Positions 1 through 9,704 of a DNA stretch of 64,000 bases are shown here, one piece after another. The position numbers were made by a program, and so were the translations under genes. The notes under the pieces are model-generated. The model was not told where the DNA came from and made no database searches. It saw nothing but the letters and a program-made list of their open reading frames with translations. The first letter of the stretch is position 1, and the number at the start of each line of letters is the position of its first letter. Where the stretch lies: the IMG/VR virus record IMGVR_UViG_3300035661_000001, positions 124,001-188,000 of that record. The stretch is one strand, 5' to 3'.

Positions 1-89
1 TCAACGTTTGCTAGAGAAGCTCAAAATTCTTTGTCTCCATTATTTAATAGTACTGCAAGATTTAATGTTACAGTAAGATAATAAATTAA

Positions 90-164
90 CGAGTAAAAGG
101 TCAGCTGGTTGCAGCCGGAGTTCTTATAAAGCTCTTGAGGTGGGTTCGATCCCCATTTACTCGA
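90..164 (+). tRNA. tRNA-Ile (anticodon TAT)
   Basis: Acceptor cgagtaa/ttactcg; anticodon arm gagtt-CT TAT AA-agctc; T arm gtggg-ttcgatc-cccat; no encoded CCA. Confidence 0.85.
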
Positions 165-181
165 CTGAAAGAAATTTAAAC

Positions 182-604
182 ATGTATGAATGGCGTAATA
201 CAGATCCACGAATAGATATCAACAAAAGAGCTGATATCATTATCATAAGACCTGATTATGAAGTTAGTAAATCACACGTAGAGACTAAACATGTTTATTG
301 TATCTTTACAAATTTTTCCGATATACGATGTATAGGTGAAGGAAAAGATTGGGATACTGAATGGAAATGGATATGGGGTCCACATTTTGGAAAATATGAT
401 TGGGATGAATGGAAAAATTCTGATCCTAGATTCGATGTAAAAGATAATAAAAATATTGTTATTGTTGCCCCTTGGTTTGGGGCAGGTAGTGGTATAGTAG
501 ATAATGAAAACGGTTGGAGCATAACATCGCCTTTTGAAGGACATGAAGTTGTAACTGTGGATGATGAATGGTGCCAAGATTGGTGGTGGATTTATGGACC
601 ATAA
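182..604 (+). CDS. Trp-rich hypothetical protein with two tandem copies of one domain
   Basis: ORF 140..604; ATG at 182 avoids tRNA overlap; EWRNTDPR..WIWGP and EWKNSDPR..WIYGP repeats. Confidence 0.7.
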   Translation: MYEWRNTDPRIDINKRADIIIIRPDYEVSKSHVETKHVYCIFTNFSDIRCIGEGKDWDTEWKWIWGPHFGKYDWDEWKNSDPRFDVKDNKNIVIVAPWFGAGSGIVDNENGWSITSPFEGHEVVTVDDEWCQDWWWIYGP

Positions 605-618
605 AATATAAGTATAAT

Positions 619-693
619 GGCTTCTTAGCTGAGATAGATTAGCGTATCCCTAAAGAGGATGAGAGGTTGGCGCAATACCAACAGGAGCCACCA
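619..693 (+). tRNA. tRNA-Phe (anticodon AAA), non-canonical T loop
   Basis: Acceptor ggcttct/aggagcc + ACCA; D stem gctg/tagc; anticodon arm tatcc-CT AAA GA-ggatg; T arm gttgg-cgcaata-ccaac. Confidence 0.8.
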
Positions 694-756
694 AAGATTA
701 ACATTCCGAACTACGCGAGGTAGGGGCGTAGCTGTTAAAAATATCCTAGGAAAAAT

Positions 757-832
757 GGCACTGTCGTATTTGTGGTCAAGACTCGGGTCTGAAAAGCCCA
801 GAAAAGCGGATCGTTACCGCTCGGTGCCACCA
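757..832 (+). tRNA. tRNA-Phe (GAA)
   Basis: Acceptor ggcactg/cggtgcc + ACCA; anticodon loop CT GAA AA; T arm agcgg-atcgtta-ccgct. Confidence 0.8.
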
Positions 833-844
833 AAACAAATTAAA

Positions 845-885
845 GAGGTGGGCTAACATAAGCAGCCATCCTATAATGAGTTGCG
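845..885 (+). ncRNA. 23S rRNA helix 43/44 (L11-binding GTPase centre)-like element
   Basis: gaggtgggc-taacat-aagcagccatcctataatgagttgcg versus conserved bacterial 23S GAGGUUGGCUUAGAAGCAGCCAUCCUUUAAAGA; intergenic, just after tRNA-Phe. Confidence 0.55.
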
Positions 886-942
886 AAAAGAATAAAGATA
901 GATTAAGAAGGCGTTAATATGAAATTTATAAGGAAAAGTTAA

Positions 943-1275
943 ATGTCATGGTGGTATGAACATCCAGAAGATTTGCAAAAATTATTGCAACCTAGTAGAG
1001 ATTTAGATAAGCAATTGATTAAACCTTTTGTAAATGAAAAGGGATATCTTGAACATTTAGATAAAAATGGTAAGATGATTAATGGATTACCAAAAAACAT
1101 TAGAATTAAATGTGGAGATTTAATGCAAGAAAGATTTCGCATCATAGATGAATATAATGGTACTCATCCAGGCAGTATATGCATAAAGTGTGGCGAAATC
1201 ATTTTAGCCAGTCAAAATGGTAAGTGTATGAATATTGCTGATTGCCCAGACGCACCGCCATTTATTGGAGGTTAA
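943..1275 (+). CDS. hypothetical protein
   Basis: 110 aa ORF with RBS-like aaggaaa upstream. Confidence 0.7.
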   Translation: MSWWYEHPEDLQKLLQPSRDLDKQLIKPFVNEKGYLEHLDKNGKMINGLPKNIRIKCGDLMQERFRIIDEYNGTHPGSICIKCGEIILASQNGKCMNIADCPDAPPFIGG

Positions 1276-1554
1276 AAATTTTTTATGAAAAGACATAAAG
1301 TTAAAGAACATTCTGGTAAAAACAGAATATTCTATATTCACGCGTATTAATGTACATAGTCCGCTCCCATCCGTCGAAGACATATTCGTAGTAGAGGGTC
1401 CTCAGTCCAAAGAAGATTTTGAAGATTTCAGATTTGACGATTGGGATAAACAAATAATTCAATACGGTAATGAATCAGAAGATGATGTTTTACTCGCAAT
1501 GACCAAACATGAAACCGAAAGACTATATTTTATGTTAGGGAAAGCATTAGGAAA

Positions 1555-1881
1555 ATGATTTTCTTTTCTTTTGAAAGAGATAAAATTTTAGAAAAACTAG
1601 TATTACCGGAACACATGATTGTATATCAGTACAACGATATGTTTTTGTATTGTACGGCTTGTGCCGAAGGGAAATTTATTACTTCTTATAACAATGAGTT
1701 TTACGAAAAAACTCATCAAGATCTTGCCAAAGATAATGTAAAATATGATAGTCCAATTTATGATGCTGCGTTAGAAGAAATAGCTAATCATTATTTGAAT
1801 TTATTAAACCCATTTATTACTTATCATAGCAAATGCATTGCCTCAGAAGAAAATAGGCAATGGAATTTACATTGCTTGTAA
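1555..1881 (+). CDS. hypothetical protein
   Basis: 108 aa ORF in co-oriented array. Confidence 0.65.
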   Translation: MIFFSFERDKILEKLVLPEHMIVYQYNDMFLYCTACAEGKFITSYNNEFYEKTHQDLAKDNVKYDSPIYDAALEEIANHYLNLLNPFITYHSKCIASEENRQWNLHCL

Positions 1882-1912
1882 ATTAATAATTTTTATTCGG
1901 TGAAAAATAATT

Positions 1913-2665
1913 ATGGATTTATTGACTCTTTTGAAATTAGATTTATCAGTTCGTGCTGATAATAATCTTTGGGGTAGTGGTTTGGGAGGTAATCCTTCTG
2001 AATTATTTTACCTTCTTAACAAGAATACTACTTTGTTTGTAGATGCTGGTGTCGCCACGACTTTTCAAGAAGATGATGAAAATTTCTCTATTATTTGTGG
2101 AGAAGAAGTTAAACTAATTCCTTTAAGAAAAAGTTTAACCCAATTTATCGGGTATCTTGAAGAAATATCTTTTGGAGAGTTAGTCCACAATATTAAGAAT
2201 AACATTGATGTGAATAACAATTCGCAAGATATCTTGGATTTAAGAGACTGTATGCTTTTGTCAGATAAATTATCTGATTGTTTGTATAGTAAAGAAGAGA
2301 AAAGAACCGCTATTCGAGATGCTTATCATAATGATGTTAAATCATTGATGGAAAGATACAGCAAATATATTGAGTATAACGATCATATGTTTAATCGCCT
2401 TGAAGGCGGGTTAGCTAGAAAATTGGATAAAGATCCCATCTGGGGTGCGCAGAAATCTTTTCTAAAAGAGAAGTCTAGAAAATTAATTGTTGAATTGTTA
2501 ACCGCTGATGAAATTCAGCTCATGGAAGAAATTAATAAATTTTCTCCACACATTACTTTTTTGTGTGCTCGGTTATTGATTGGAGTTGAGTGGTTAATGG
2601 ATTATCCTATAGATAAATATATAAACAATTTTGTTATCCCTTCAGATGGATTTAAGGTGAAATGA
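1913..2665 (+). CDS. hypothetical protein
   Basis: 250 aa ORF. Confidence 0.75.
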   Translation: MDLLTLLKLDLSVRADNNLWGSGLGGNPSELFYLLNKNTTLFVDAGVATTFQEDDENFSIICGEEVKLIPLRKSLTQFIGYLEEISFGELVHNIKNNIDVNNNSQDILDLRDCMLLSDKLSDCLYSKEEKRTAIRDAYHNDVKSLMERYSKYIEYNDHMFNRLEGGLARKLDKDPIWGAQKSFLKEKSRKLIVELLTADEIQLMEEINKFSPHITFLCARLLIGVEWLMDYPIDKYINNFVIPSDGFKVK

Positions 2666-2666
2666 T

Positions 2667-3083
2667 ATGTCAGAAGAAGAAAAGTTTTTAGATGACATTG
2701 GTTTAATTCCAGGCGCAGGTTTGGAAGCCTGGGGAAAAGCCTTAGAAGAAAAACTTGGTTTATCAATTTTTGATACACAAAAATCTATTGGTGATTGGTT
2801 AGCCGTCAATGCAGAAAAGGTTTCTCAGGAATTTATTAACATTGTTCCTAATGGAGATTATGATTTATTAATTGATGATCACGACGCAATTATTGAATAT
2901 TTGCGCACAGAAGCTTCAAAACCAGAAAATTGGGTTTTCTTGGAAGCTAGAGTTCGTGATAATTTTTTGGGTCTCGTGTTTGATTGTAAAGTTGTAGATG
3001 AAGGCGATACCTTTAAAGGTTTTGTTTTCATTGCTAAGAATGGTAAAATCAAACATGCTTTTGCTCAAAATCAAGATTTTTAA
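2667..3083 (+). CDS. hypothetical protein
   Basis: 138 aa acidic ORF, aaggtg RBS. Confidence 0.75.
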   Translation: MSEEEKFLDDIGLIPGAGLEAWGKALEEKLGLSIFDTQKSIGDWLAVNAEKVSQEFINIVPNGDYDLLIDDHDAIIEYLRTEASKPENWVFLEARVRDNFLGLVFDCKVVDEGDTFKGFVFIAKNGKIKHAFAQNQDF

Positions 3084-3120
3084 ATTAAGCTTTAGATAAG
3101 GTCAAAGCGGGTAAAATTAT

Positions 3121-3334
3121 ATGAAAAAAATAGCATTTATTTTATGTTTATTAATGTGCGCCTGTGATAAACAAACGATAGATAAACATAATGGAAATGA
3201 GTTGAGAGCTTTATCTTATTATAAAGATTCAAAAACTAAATTATGTTTTGCAGCCGCACATCTAGGATCTCAATGGGCGTGTTGACAAATGTTCCGTGTA
3301 CGCCTGAAGTAGAAAAAATCGCCGTTATTTATTA
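3121..3334 (+). CDS. small putative lipoprotein, apparently frameshifted near 3278
   Basis: MKKIAFILCLLMCAC signal/lipobox-like start; the continuation LTNVPCTPEVEK is in another frame. Confidence 0.45.
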
Positions 3335-3535
3335 GGAAAATATAAAAATGAAAAAAAATGATAATGCTTGTCGGTCTGTTGTGTATGATTGGCTGTACCA
3401 CCGCTACTAAAAATGATAAAATCATTTGTGCTATGGAAGATCCAGATCATCCAGGAGTATTAGTTGAAGTAGATTGTGACACTGGAGAACCTATTAAAAG
3501 TACTCCAAAAACCATTTCTGTAGAAATTAAGTAAT

Positions 3536-3742
3536 ATGAATGATGAAATTTGGAATGAAATTTATCAAGACTTGTATGATGAATGGTCTTCTGATGAAAT
3601 GACAGCGCCGTTCGACATTCATGAAATATCAAAAAAATATGATGTGAATGTCGATGATTTATTTAAAGAATTGAAAGAGCTATTTGATAAAGGTAATATT
3701 ATTTGGAAAAATACTATGAATACCAAATTTATATTCATTTAA
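3536..3742 (+). CDS. small acidic hypothetical protein (possible winged helix)
   Basis: 68 aa ORF. Confidence 0.55.
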   Translation: MNDEIWNEIYQDLYDEWSSDEMTAPFDIHEISKKYDVNVDDLFKELKELFDKGNIIWKNTMNTKFIFI

Positions 3743-4332
3743 GTGTTACCCCAATGTTCAATAGCATGACAATTGGCGCAAAGTATTTCTAAATTACTTT
3801 CGTCATCATTCATTCTATTCCTGTCTTTATGATGAACAATTATCGCTGCCGGATGTTCATCATAAAGACAACGTTCACAAGCTTTAGGTTTATTGGAAAA
3901 AGCAATGCGCCTATAATGTGAATGATCATCAGCTTTTGCGGTTCCAAAATGTGGGGGCATTATTTCTTTAATGCCACCAATACATTGTGCTGCATCTTTA
4001 TGAGCACGACAACAAAAGTATAACTTGCTTTTTGATAAGGCTTTTTTGGATGTAGTTTTATAAAATTTTGTGTGACAGAAAGCACATTCAACATTTGGTT
4101 CTGGTTTTGGTTCTAATGCTCTAGCATATAAACTTGCACAGCTTTGTGTACAAAATTTTCCATAACCTCTATTAATATCTTGTGAACGGGCATTAAATTC
4201 TTTTTGACATTTTAAACAATTTTGTTTTATGATTGGCATGTTGACCCCTTGTAATTTGCGCAAGTACCGTATGTTACACATAATAAGATATGCATAGATT
4301 GATATATAGTTTAATAGACACGGGGGTGTCAT
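3739..4332 (-). CDS. HNH endonuclease with N-terminal Zn fingers
   Basis: CERC..HHKDRNRMNDD..NLEILCANCHAIEH; repeated CxxC/FCxxxC; true start probably downstream (MPIIKQ). Confidence 0.85.
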   Translation of the reverse strand: MTPPCLLNYISIYAYLIMCNIRYLRKLQGVNMPIIKQNCLKCQKEFNARSQDINRGYGKFCTQSCASLYARALEPKPEPNVECAFCHTKFYKTTSKKALSKSKLYFCCRAHKDAAQCIGGIKEIMPPHFGTAKADDHSHYRRIAFSNKPKACERCLYDEHPAAIIVHHKDRNRMNDDESNLEILCANCHAIEHWGNT

Positions 4333-4395
4333 ATAGCGAGATTATGGATCCCTTGCACGGATTTCACGGGAGTTTGACTCTCCCCACCTCCACCA
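4322..4395 (+). tRNA. tRNA-Ala (TGC)
   Basis: Acceptor gggggtg/cacctcc with G3:U70; anticodon arm gatcc-CT TGC AC-ggatt; ACCA end. Confidence 0.85.
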
Positions 4396-4475
4396 GAGCC
4401 ATTCCGGAGGTAGTTAACCGGAGAATAATGAAAATTATTTTGTTAAGGGCGAATACTTGGCAATTAACTATGCAT

Positions 4476-4552
4476 GGGGAATAAGTGTTAATGGGTTCGC
4501 ACGATACACCTGCAATGTATCAGAATCGGTTCGATTCCGATATTTTCCACCA
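4476..4552 (+). tRNA. tRNA-Ala (TGC), second copy
   Basis: Acceptor ggggaat/attttcc with G3:U70; anticodon arm ataca-CC TGC AA-tgtat (C33); T loop ttcgatt; ACCA. Confidence 0.8.
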
Positions 4553-4844
4553 TATGATTTATCAAATTTTTATCAAGATTCTTAATTTAAACAGTATTAT
4601 AGGTTAAACGCATGTGTTCATCACAACATGGATTACTTATTTGTCAATTAGAAAAAAAAATCATAAAGGTCTACACAGAAACCTCGAAAAAGGTAATTTG
4701 TCTGTATGGACAAGCTGGGAGCCGGTTAAACCAGTAGTTATTACTCCTGAAAGAATGGAACGGCTCCTTAAACAAGGATATGCTTTAAGCTTAGAATTAA
4801 GCAAAAGAATCAAGTCGATGATTGTATTATAGAAAGTAAGTATT

Positions 4845-4997
4845 ATGTTATTAATTATTTTAGTTGTATTTTTAGTCTTGTCAGTTGGTGGCGGTTTTGC
4901 ATCCCATCGTGAAGGATACTATGTGGGCTGGAGTCCATTAGGATGTATTACATTGGTTTTGTTAATTTTATGGTTAGCCGGAAGATTACATTGTTGA
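4845..4997 (+). CDS. small two-TM membrane protein (DUF3309-like)
   Basis: Manual translation MLLIILVVFLVLSVGGGF..GYYVGWSPLGCITLVLLILWLAGRLHC. Confidence 0.6.
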   Translation: MLLIILVVFLVLSVGGGFASHREGYYVGWSPLGCITLVLLILWLAGRLHC

Positions 4998-5838
4998 TAA
5001 CTCGTAATTACATATTGTGGTTTTTGTTATGTATGTTTCCTTTGATTTTGCTTTGGTTAATAAAATGAACTCATGTAAATGTCAGCGTAGCCGTGATTAT
5101 GTATTTAATGTTCATGGCGCCGATTTTTATTGTCGTACTTGTAAAGTAACTCATCCTATGTGCTGCGCGGTGTTTGCCAGTTACATATGTGGTAAAGTAG
5201 ACGATCATGATGGTCCACATACTAGTATCAGCAATCATGATTGGACAAATGACGTGTATGGTAAAAAATAATATATTTGAATTGTGGTCAAGGAAATATC
5301 TACATGTATTAATGTATATGGGATTTTACTCTCACAAAATTGTTGAGTGGTTATTGAAACCCACTGAAAAATTCAAGTGTGATCCGTTTTTTATATTCAT
5401 TACGATAATTTGTTGTAAATTTTTTATGTTTATAGCTAGCTTAGCTATTTCGCTGGGGGGAAAGCATATAAAGAAATACTCATCATCAAAAGTATAAAAT
5501 TATCGGAATGATATATATTTCCACATGAGCCGCCCAATTATTATTAACTCATGTGGAAGAATTGTAATAGCTAATGATTATCTCAAATTTCGACAATCAT
5601 TAAACCAATCATTTTGGAATATTTTTTATACACCTCTTAAAGTGTCAAAAATTGATTTAGATCAAGATATTTTAAATTGGAAGCCTGAAGAGCATTGATA
5701 TATGTTTTTTAGTGAAGCACCCAATAATTATCAATTCTGAAGGTAAAGTTGAGCATCTCCCACGATTAGGAATTATTGCCAGATATTTAACTTCAGTTAA
5801 AGGTAGAAATAGCTTAATACACCTTTTCTCTGAATTAT

Positions 5839-6273
5839 ATGTTAGTATGGATAACCACGACGGACTCATTAAAAGAATTTAAGAGATTTTTAAATTCTTT
5901 ACGATGCCCTTTGTGTAATTCTCAATTAGATGGAAATATCACATTACGTGAGGCTAGTTTATATTGCGTGGGCAATAATGATGAATATCGCGGTAAATGG
6001 ACTCCTAATTCTATATTTGCCCAGACGGAAACTATCAAATATTATTATAGCGATTTTGAGTATGATATTACGATTAATCAAATCGGAAATCAAATTGGAA
6101 ATCAATTTGTAACAAGAGTAATTCGTTATAATGCTGATGTATCTATCAAATATAAAAATTCAACCAGAAAAGAATTATTTGAATATACTGGGGCTAAATT
6201 AGGATTTTTCCGTAAAAGAATGGATCAAGATGTTTTCTTGAAGAAATTAAAAACATATCAGGTTTTTAAATGA
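5839..6273 (+). CDS. Zn-ribbon hypothetical protein with shared C-terminal motif
   Basis: LRCPLC; ends KLKTYQVFK. Confidence 0.7.
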   Translation: MLVWITTTDSLKEFKRFLNSLRCPLCNSQLDGNITLREASLYCVGNNDEYRGKWTPNSIFAQTETIKYYYSDFEYDITINQIGNQIGNQFVTRVIRYNADVSIKYKNSTRKELFEYTGAKLGFFRKRMDQDVFLKKLKTYQVFK

Positions 6274-6425
6274 AAATTATGAGACGTCATTTAAGAAAAG
6301 CTAAACATGAAAATCTTTTACGATTAGCAAGTTTTCTTAAACTTAGAGTTGATGGTATGTCCCATCGCCAAATATCAAGCTTGGTGTATTGGAGAATCAC
6401 TCGAAATCAAATGAACAGGCACTAA

Positions 6426-6491
6426 ATGACACCTGAGTTAAAAAAACTATTAAATAGTCTCAGATGTCCAAATAGAAAAATGTTGACTTAA
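6426..6491 (+). pseudogene. truncated paralog of 5839..6273
   Basis: MTPELKKLLNSLRCP then stops; matches KRFLNSLRCPLC. Confidence 0.5.
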
Positions 6492-6629
6492 CCGTGTTTT
6501 AAAATTATTGGTAATACCGATATATATTTTATTCGTTATTTTATTTGTAATGTAATATACATAAAACATAATTTTTTTACCTTTATTGAAGGTGGATATT
6601 ATAATAATTTATACATAGAAAGACCTAAT

Positions 6630-7547
6630 ATGTCTACAAAAAAAATTCAGCGTACTGTTATTGAAGGAGGTAGGACTGGTAGTTCCAAGTGGAACCGCCG
6701 TAACTCCCATCACACAGAACGTGCATCGGAAAGAGACTATTGTAGAAAAATCACTGTAGACAGTGAAAGATCAGAGAACGATATCTTTATCGATCCTAAA
6801 GAAAAGGTACGAAAAGAATTCAATGATAAGTTGGGTCCAATGTATCGCTGGCTTCATAGCCAGACAGGTAAAGTTTGGAACGACGTAAAATCTGAAATTC
6901 ATCAAAAATTTGATAATCGTACCACTGCCGGACGTCATATTTTATATGATCATCTTCTTTCTTCCGTAGAAGAAGTTCCAGATTTGACATACCGTAGATG
7001 GTATCGTGACGTAGATGACTATACAAGCTCCAGATATAAAAACGATTTTTATGTAGATGATGCCGGTCTATTACAGATTAAAACTTATATTCCGCACGGT
7101 CATACTGGTGTACCTAAATTCAATATACAGAGTATAATAAACTGGCTACATAATCGTGTAGTAGGAAAAGTAGGAGATAAATTTTATTGGTTTGCCCCCG
7201 TAAGCAAAAGTAAAAAGTATGGTGGAACTAATAAAGTATGGAAAATAGAGTGGAGCGATCTCCGCTGGCAATCTCATAGAGGTTTTTTAAAATTCCTGTA
7301 TGCTTATCAAAAACCAATTTATTCCTCACAAAAAAGAGATGAAGAGTCGAAATTTAGAGAAATTATTGGATATGAAACAGTCTGGCAAGCTACTATGCCT
7401 AATCTGCGTCAGGATCGTAAATTAAATGACAAAGAATTGATTTTCTGGAATTCAATGCCTGAGTGGTATCAGAATAAAGTTTTGGAACGGTCTCCGACCC
7501 ATCCCCAAAACTTAACGCCAAAATTCGATAGTTACTATTACTATTAA
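6630..7547 (+). CDS. basic hypothetical protein
   Basis: 305 aa ORF. Confidence 0.75.
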   Translation: MSTKKIQRTVIEGGRTGSSKWNRRNSHHTERASERDYCRKITVDSERSENDIFIDPKEKVRKEFNDKLGPMYRWLHSQTGKVWNDVKSEIHQKFDNRTTAGRHILYDHLLSSVEEVPDLTYRRWYRDVDDYTSSRYKNDFYVDDAGLLQIKTYIPHGHTGVPKFNIQSIINWLHNRVVGKVGDKFYWFAPVSKSKKYGGTNKVWKIEWSDLRWQSHRGFLKFLYAYQKPIYSSQKRDEESKFREIIGYETVWQATMPNLRQDRKLNDKELIFWNSMPEWYQNKVLERSPTHPQNLTPKFDSYYYY

Positions 7548-7604
7548 ATATGATTCTTCTTAAATCACAGTGAGAATAAGGTATGCATATGCAAACATTT
7601 TCAT

Positions 7605-8141
7605 ATGGCATATGCTGATGATTTTAAAATCTGGGGTCCTTATAAGAAAAAAAATGGACGTCAAATAGTAATAGTTGTAAATCACAACGGTAAAAAAAGA
7701 ACAGTTTCCTATCCTAAATGGATAATGGAATGCCAATTAGGTCGTCAATTAGATCCTGATAAAGAAACAGTTGATCATTATGATTCTAATTTTGATAACA
7801 ATAATTTAGATAATTTACGTATTGTTGAACGATCTCAGCATTCTGGTGACGATACCCGTCGTGTTAAACATGTTAAGTTCAACTGCGCCTGGTGTGATAA
7901 AGAATTTGAAAGATCGCCACGTTTAATAAGAGATAAGGCTAAGAAAAATAAAGCTGGACCTTTTTGTGGTAGAGGTTGTGCAGGAAAGTATTCGCGTAAG
8001 CTACAGCTTAAATTAATAGATAAATTTGATAGCCAGAAAGCTATTGACAGTGAGTACTATAAAAGAAAATATGTTACAGCATCTGTTTGTATAGATGTAA
8101 ACGATATTTTTATTGATCATTATTGTGATATTTGGGAGTAA
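7605..8141 (+). CDS. HNH-family protein with C-terminal Zn finger
   Basis: ETVDHYDSNFDNNNLDNLRIV..H; CAWC..FCGRGC. Confidence 0.75.
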   Translation: MAYADDFKIWGPYKKKNGRQIVIVVNHNGKKRTVSYPKWIMECQLGRQLDPDKETVDHYDSNFDNNNLDNLRIVERSQHSGDDTRRVKHVKFNCAWCDKEFERSPRLIRDKAKKNKAGPFCGRGCAGKYSRKLQLKLIDKFDSQKAIDSEYYKRKYVTASVCIDVNDIFIDHYCDIWE

Positions 8142-8459
8142 ATTAAATTGGAACTATTTGAAATTTTACATGGTGTAAGTGATTGTTCCATGGATAGAAC
8201 AATTGTATGTTCTCATAATTGTATGGGAAATCATTATTTTATTACATGGGACTATCATGTGACATTTGAACTTTGGGGCGTAGGATTAAAAGGCGGATTT
8301 AATTTAATTAAAGATTTCACATATCCACGCGTAGATTATGGGATGACCTATGATGATGCTACTATTTATGGCGAAGAGCTTTTTGAAGAGTGGTTAAAGT
8401 CATTAGATACTGACGACGACAAATAATTGTGATGTTAGTATTAACTTGCCACATATAAT

Positions 8460-9194
8460 ATGGCGAGTATTTTTTATTTAAAATTTAAAGGAAAATTTGT
8501 TATGGACAAAATTGTAACAACTGTTGCTGCGGCTGGAGAGGCTGAGACAGCGTTTGATGTTGCGGTATTCAATATTCAGTTATCAGCCAATGATGCTGTT
8601 GCGCCAGCCGTTCGTGTACGATTAAGATCAAAAATTGATGATCTAGAAGAGGCTATTAGAAATTTGGTGGAGAACTTCCAAGTTTCTATTCTAGATGGTA
8701 GCACTAAAACAACTATAAACGTTAACCAAATTTATAATTGGGATCTCAATAATCAGAGAGTTAGTACTTGGACCGGCTCGTATAGTATGACTTTTCATAC
8801 TGATTCTATGGATAAAGTTAATAGAATCTATGAAGTGTTAGCTGCGGTTCATGAGGCAACTGTCAACTCTCCAAGCTTCTTATTGAAAAATAAAGATGTT
8901 TTGAATAAGCAGGCATTGAAAAATGCTTGGAAAAAAGTGTCTGACAGGTTTGCAGATGAATGTGAAGTTTTAGGTATAAACCCATTCGAACATGAAGTCT
9001 CTGCTTGGGAAGTTACCTATGAGGATAGCAAGCGAGATTCATTAGGTCTTGCAAAAGCTAAGGCGGCTCCTGCCGGGCTTCGTGCGGCGATTGCACTCGA
9101 TGATGCGGCTATGGCAGATGAATTAGTTAACATTGATCCTGGCAAGGCTAGAGTGGCAGTAAATTTGAATGCAGCTTTCAAGAAAAAAGGCTAA
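8460..9194 (+). CDS. SIMPL (DUF541)-like protein
   Basis: Pattern V.AAGEAET..D.A.F....ALKNA....PG...V.V.L.A.F typical of SIMPL domain. Confidence 0.6.
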   Translation: MASIFYLKFKGKFVMDKIVTTVAAAGEAETAFDVAVFNIQLSANDAVAPAVRVRLRSKIDDLEEAIRNLVENFQVSILDGSTKTTINVNQIYNWDLNNQRVSTWTGSYSMTFHTDSMDKVNRIYEVLAAVHEATVNSPSFLLKNKDVLNKQALKNAWKKVSDRFADECEVLGINPFEHEVSAWEVTYEDSKRDSLGLAKAKAAPAGLRAAIALDDAAMADELVNIDPGKARVAVNLNAAFKKKG

Positions 9195-9232
9195 ATGAAA
9201 ATCTCAGAAGAAATTATTTTAAATTCTTAATC

Positions 9233-9260
9233 TTGACAAGTCATAGGCGGTGACTATAAT
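9233..9260 (+). promoter_or_regulatory. sigma70-type promoter
   Basis: TTGACA-N16-TATAAT, both hexamers perfect, upstream of ORF with ggaga RBS. Confidence 0.75.
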
Positions 9261-9302
9261 TCCGTTAATTAAAGAGCAATTAAGCTCAAATTGGAGAATT
9301 GA

Positions 9303-9633
9303 AATGGATAAAAGTGTAAGTTCTATGTTAGAAACAGTCGGTCGTGTTTTTGAAGCGACCTTTCATTCCGTTGACTCAATGAGTCATGGTGAGAGAATTC
9401 AGCTAAAAGAATTGGCTCAGACAGTCGGATTAGCGGTAGCGATGGATCCTAAAGATGTATTAGGGTTTGTTAATTATTACGTTCATAATAGCGATATCGT
9501 CTATGTTTCGCGTGGTAAAAACGGAGGCGTTATAAAAGGATCAAGAAGCGCTAAGCCAGCAGCAAAAATTAAAATCGGCGGTCAGGTTCCTGGGGTTCCT
9601 CTAGTTGAACCCGATGATGCTAACGACGAGTGA
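9303..9633 (+). CDS. putative winged-helix DNA-binding protein
   Basis: ATG at 9303 after ggaga; VSRGKNGG wing-like motif. Confidence 0.5.
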
Positions 9634-9649
9634 TAATTTAGTTCGTTAT

Positions 9650-9675
9650 AGGATTGCTTCGGCGATCCTCTTTTG
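9650..9675 (+). terminator. intrinsic terminator
   Basis: aggattgc-ttcg-gcgatcct followed by ctttt. Confidence 0.7.
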
Positions 9676-9704
9676 TGGGGCGGTTGCCCCGGTAAAAGGA
9701 ACAG

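Noticed and set aside
704-740. Hairpin ctacgc/gcgtag followed by ctgttaa, resembling the 5' half of tRNA-Asn(GTT)
   Set aside because: No 3' anticodon strand, T arm or acceptor partner; at most a remnant.
659-856. ORFs overlapping tRNAs (659..856, 4290..4484, 11719..11946, 53300..53485)
   Set aside because: Explained by tRNA genes.
1338-1362. gcgtattaatgtacatagt as a distal half of the 23S-like element
   Set aside because: It lies inside an apparent frameshifted coding region (about 1285-1558) and the similarity is weak.
4398-4462. tRNA-sized spacer between the two tRNA-Ala genes with aataat-gaaa-attatt stem
   Set aside because: Acceptor and T stems cannot be paired convincingly.
4614-4832. 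C-terminus KRIKSMIVL as another member of the tag family (also KLKELLYKFKT at 18551)
   Set aside because: They lack Phe at -2, so they were not counted.
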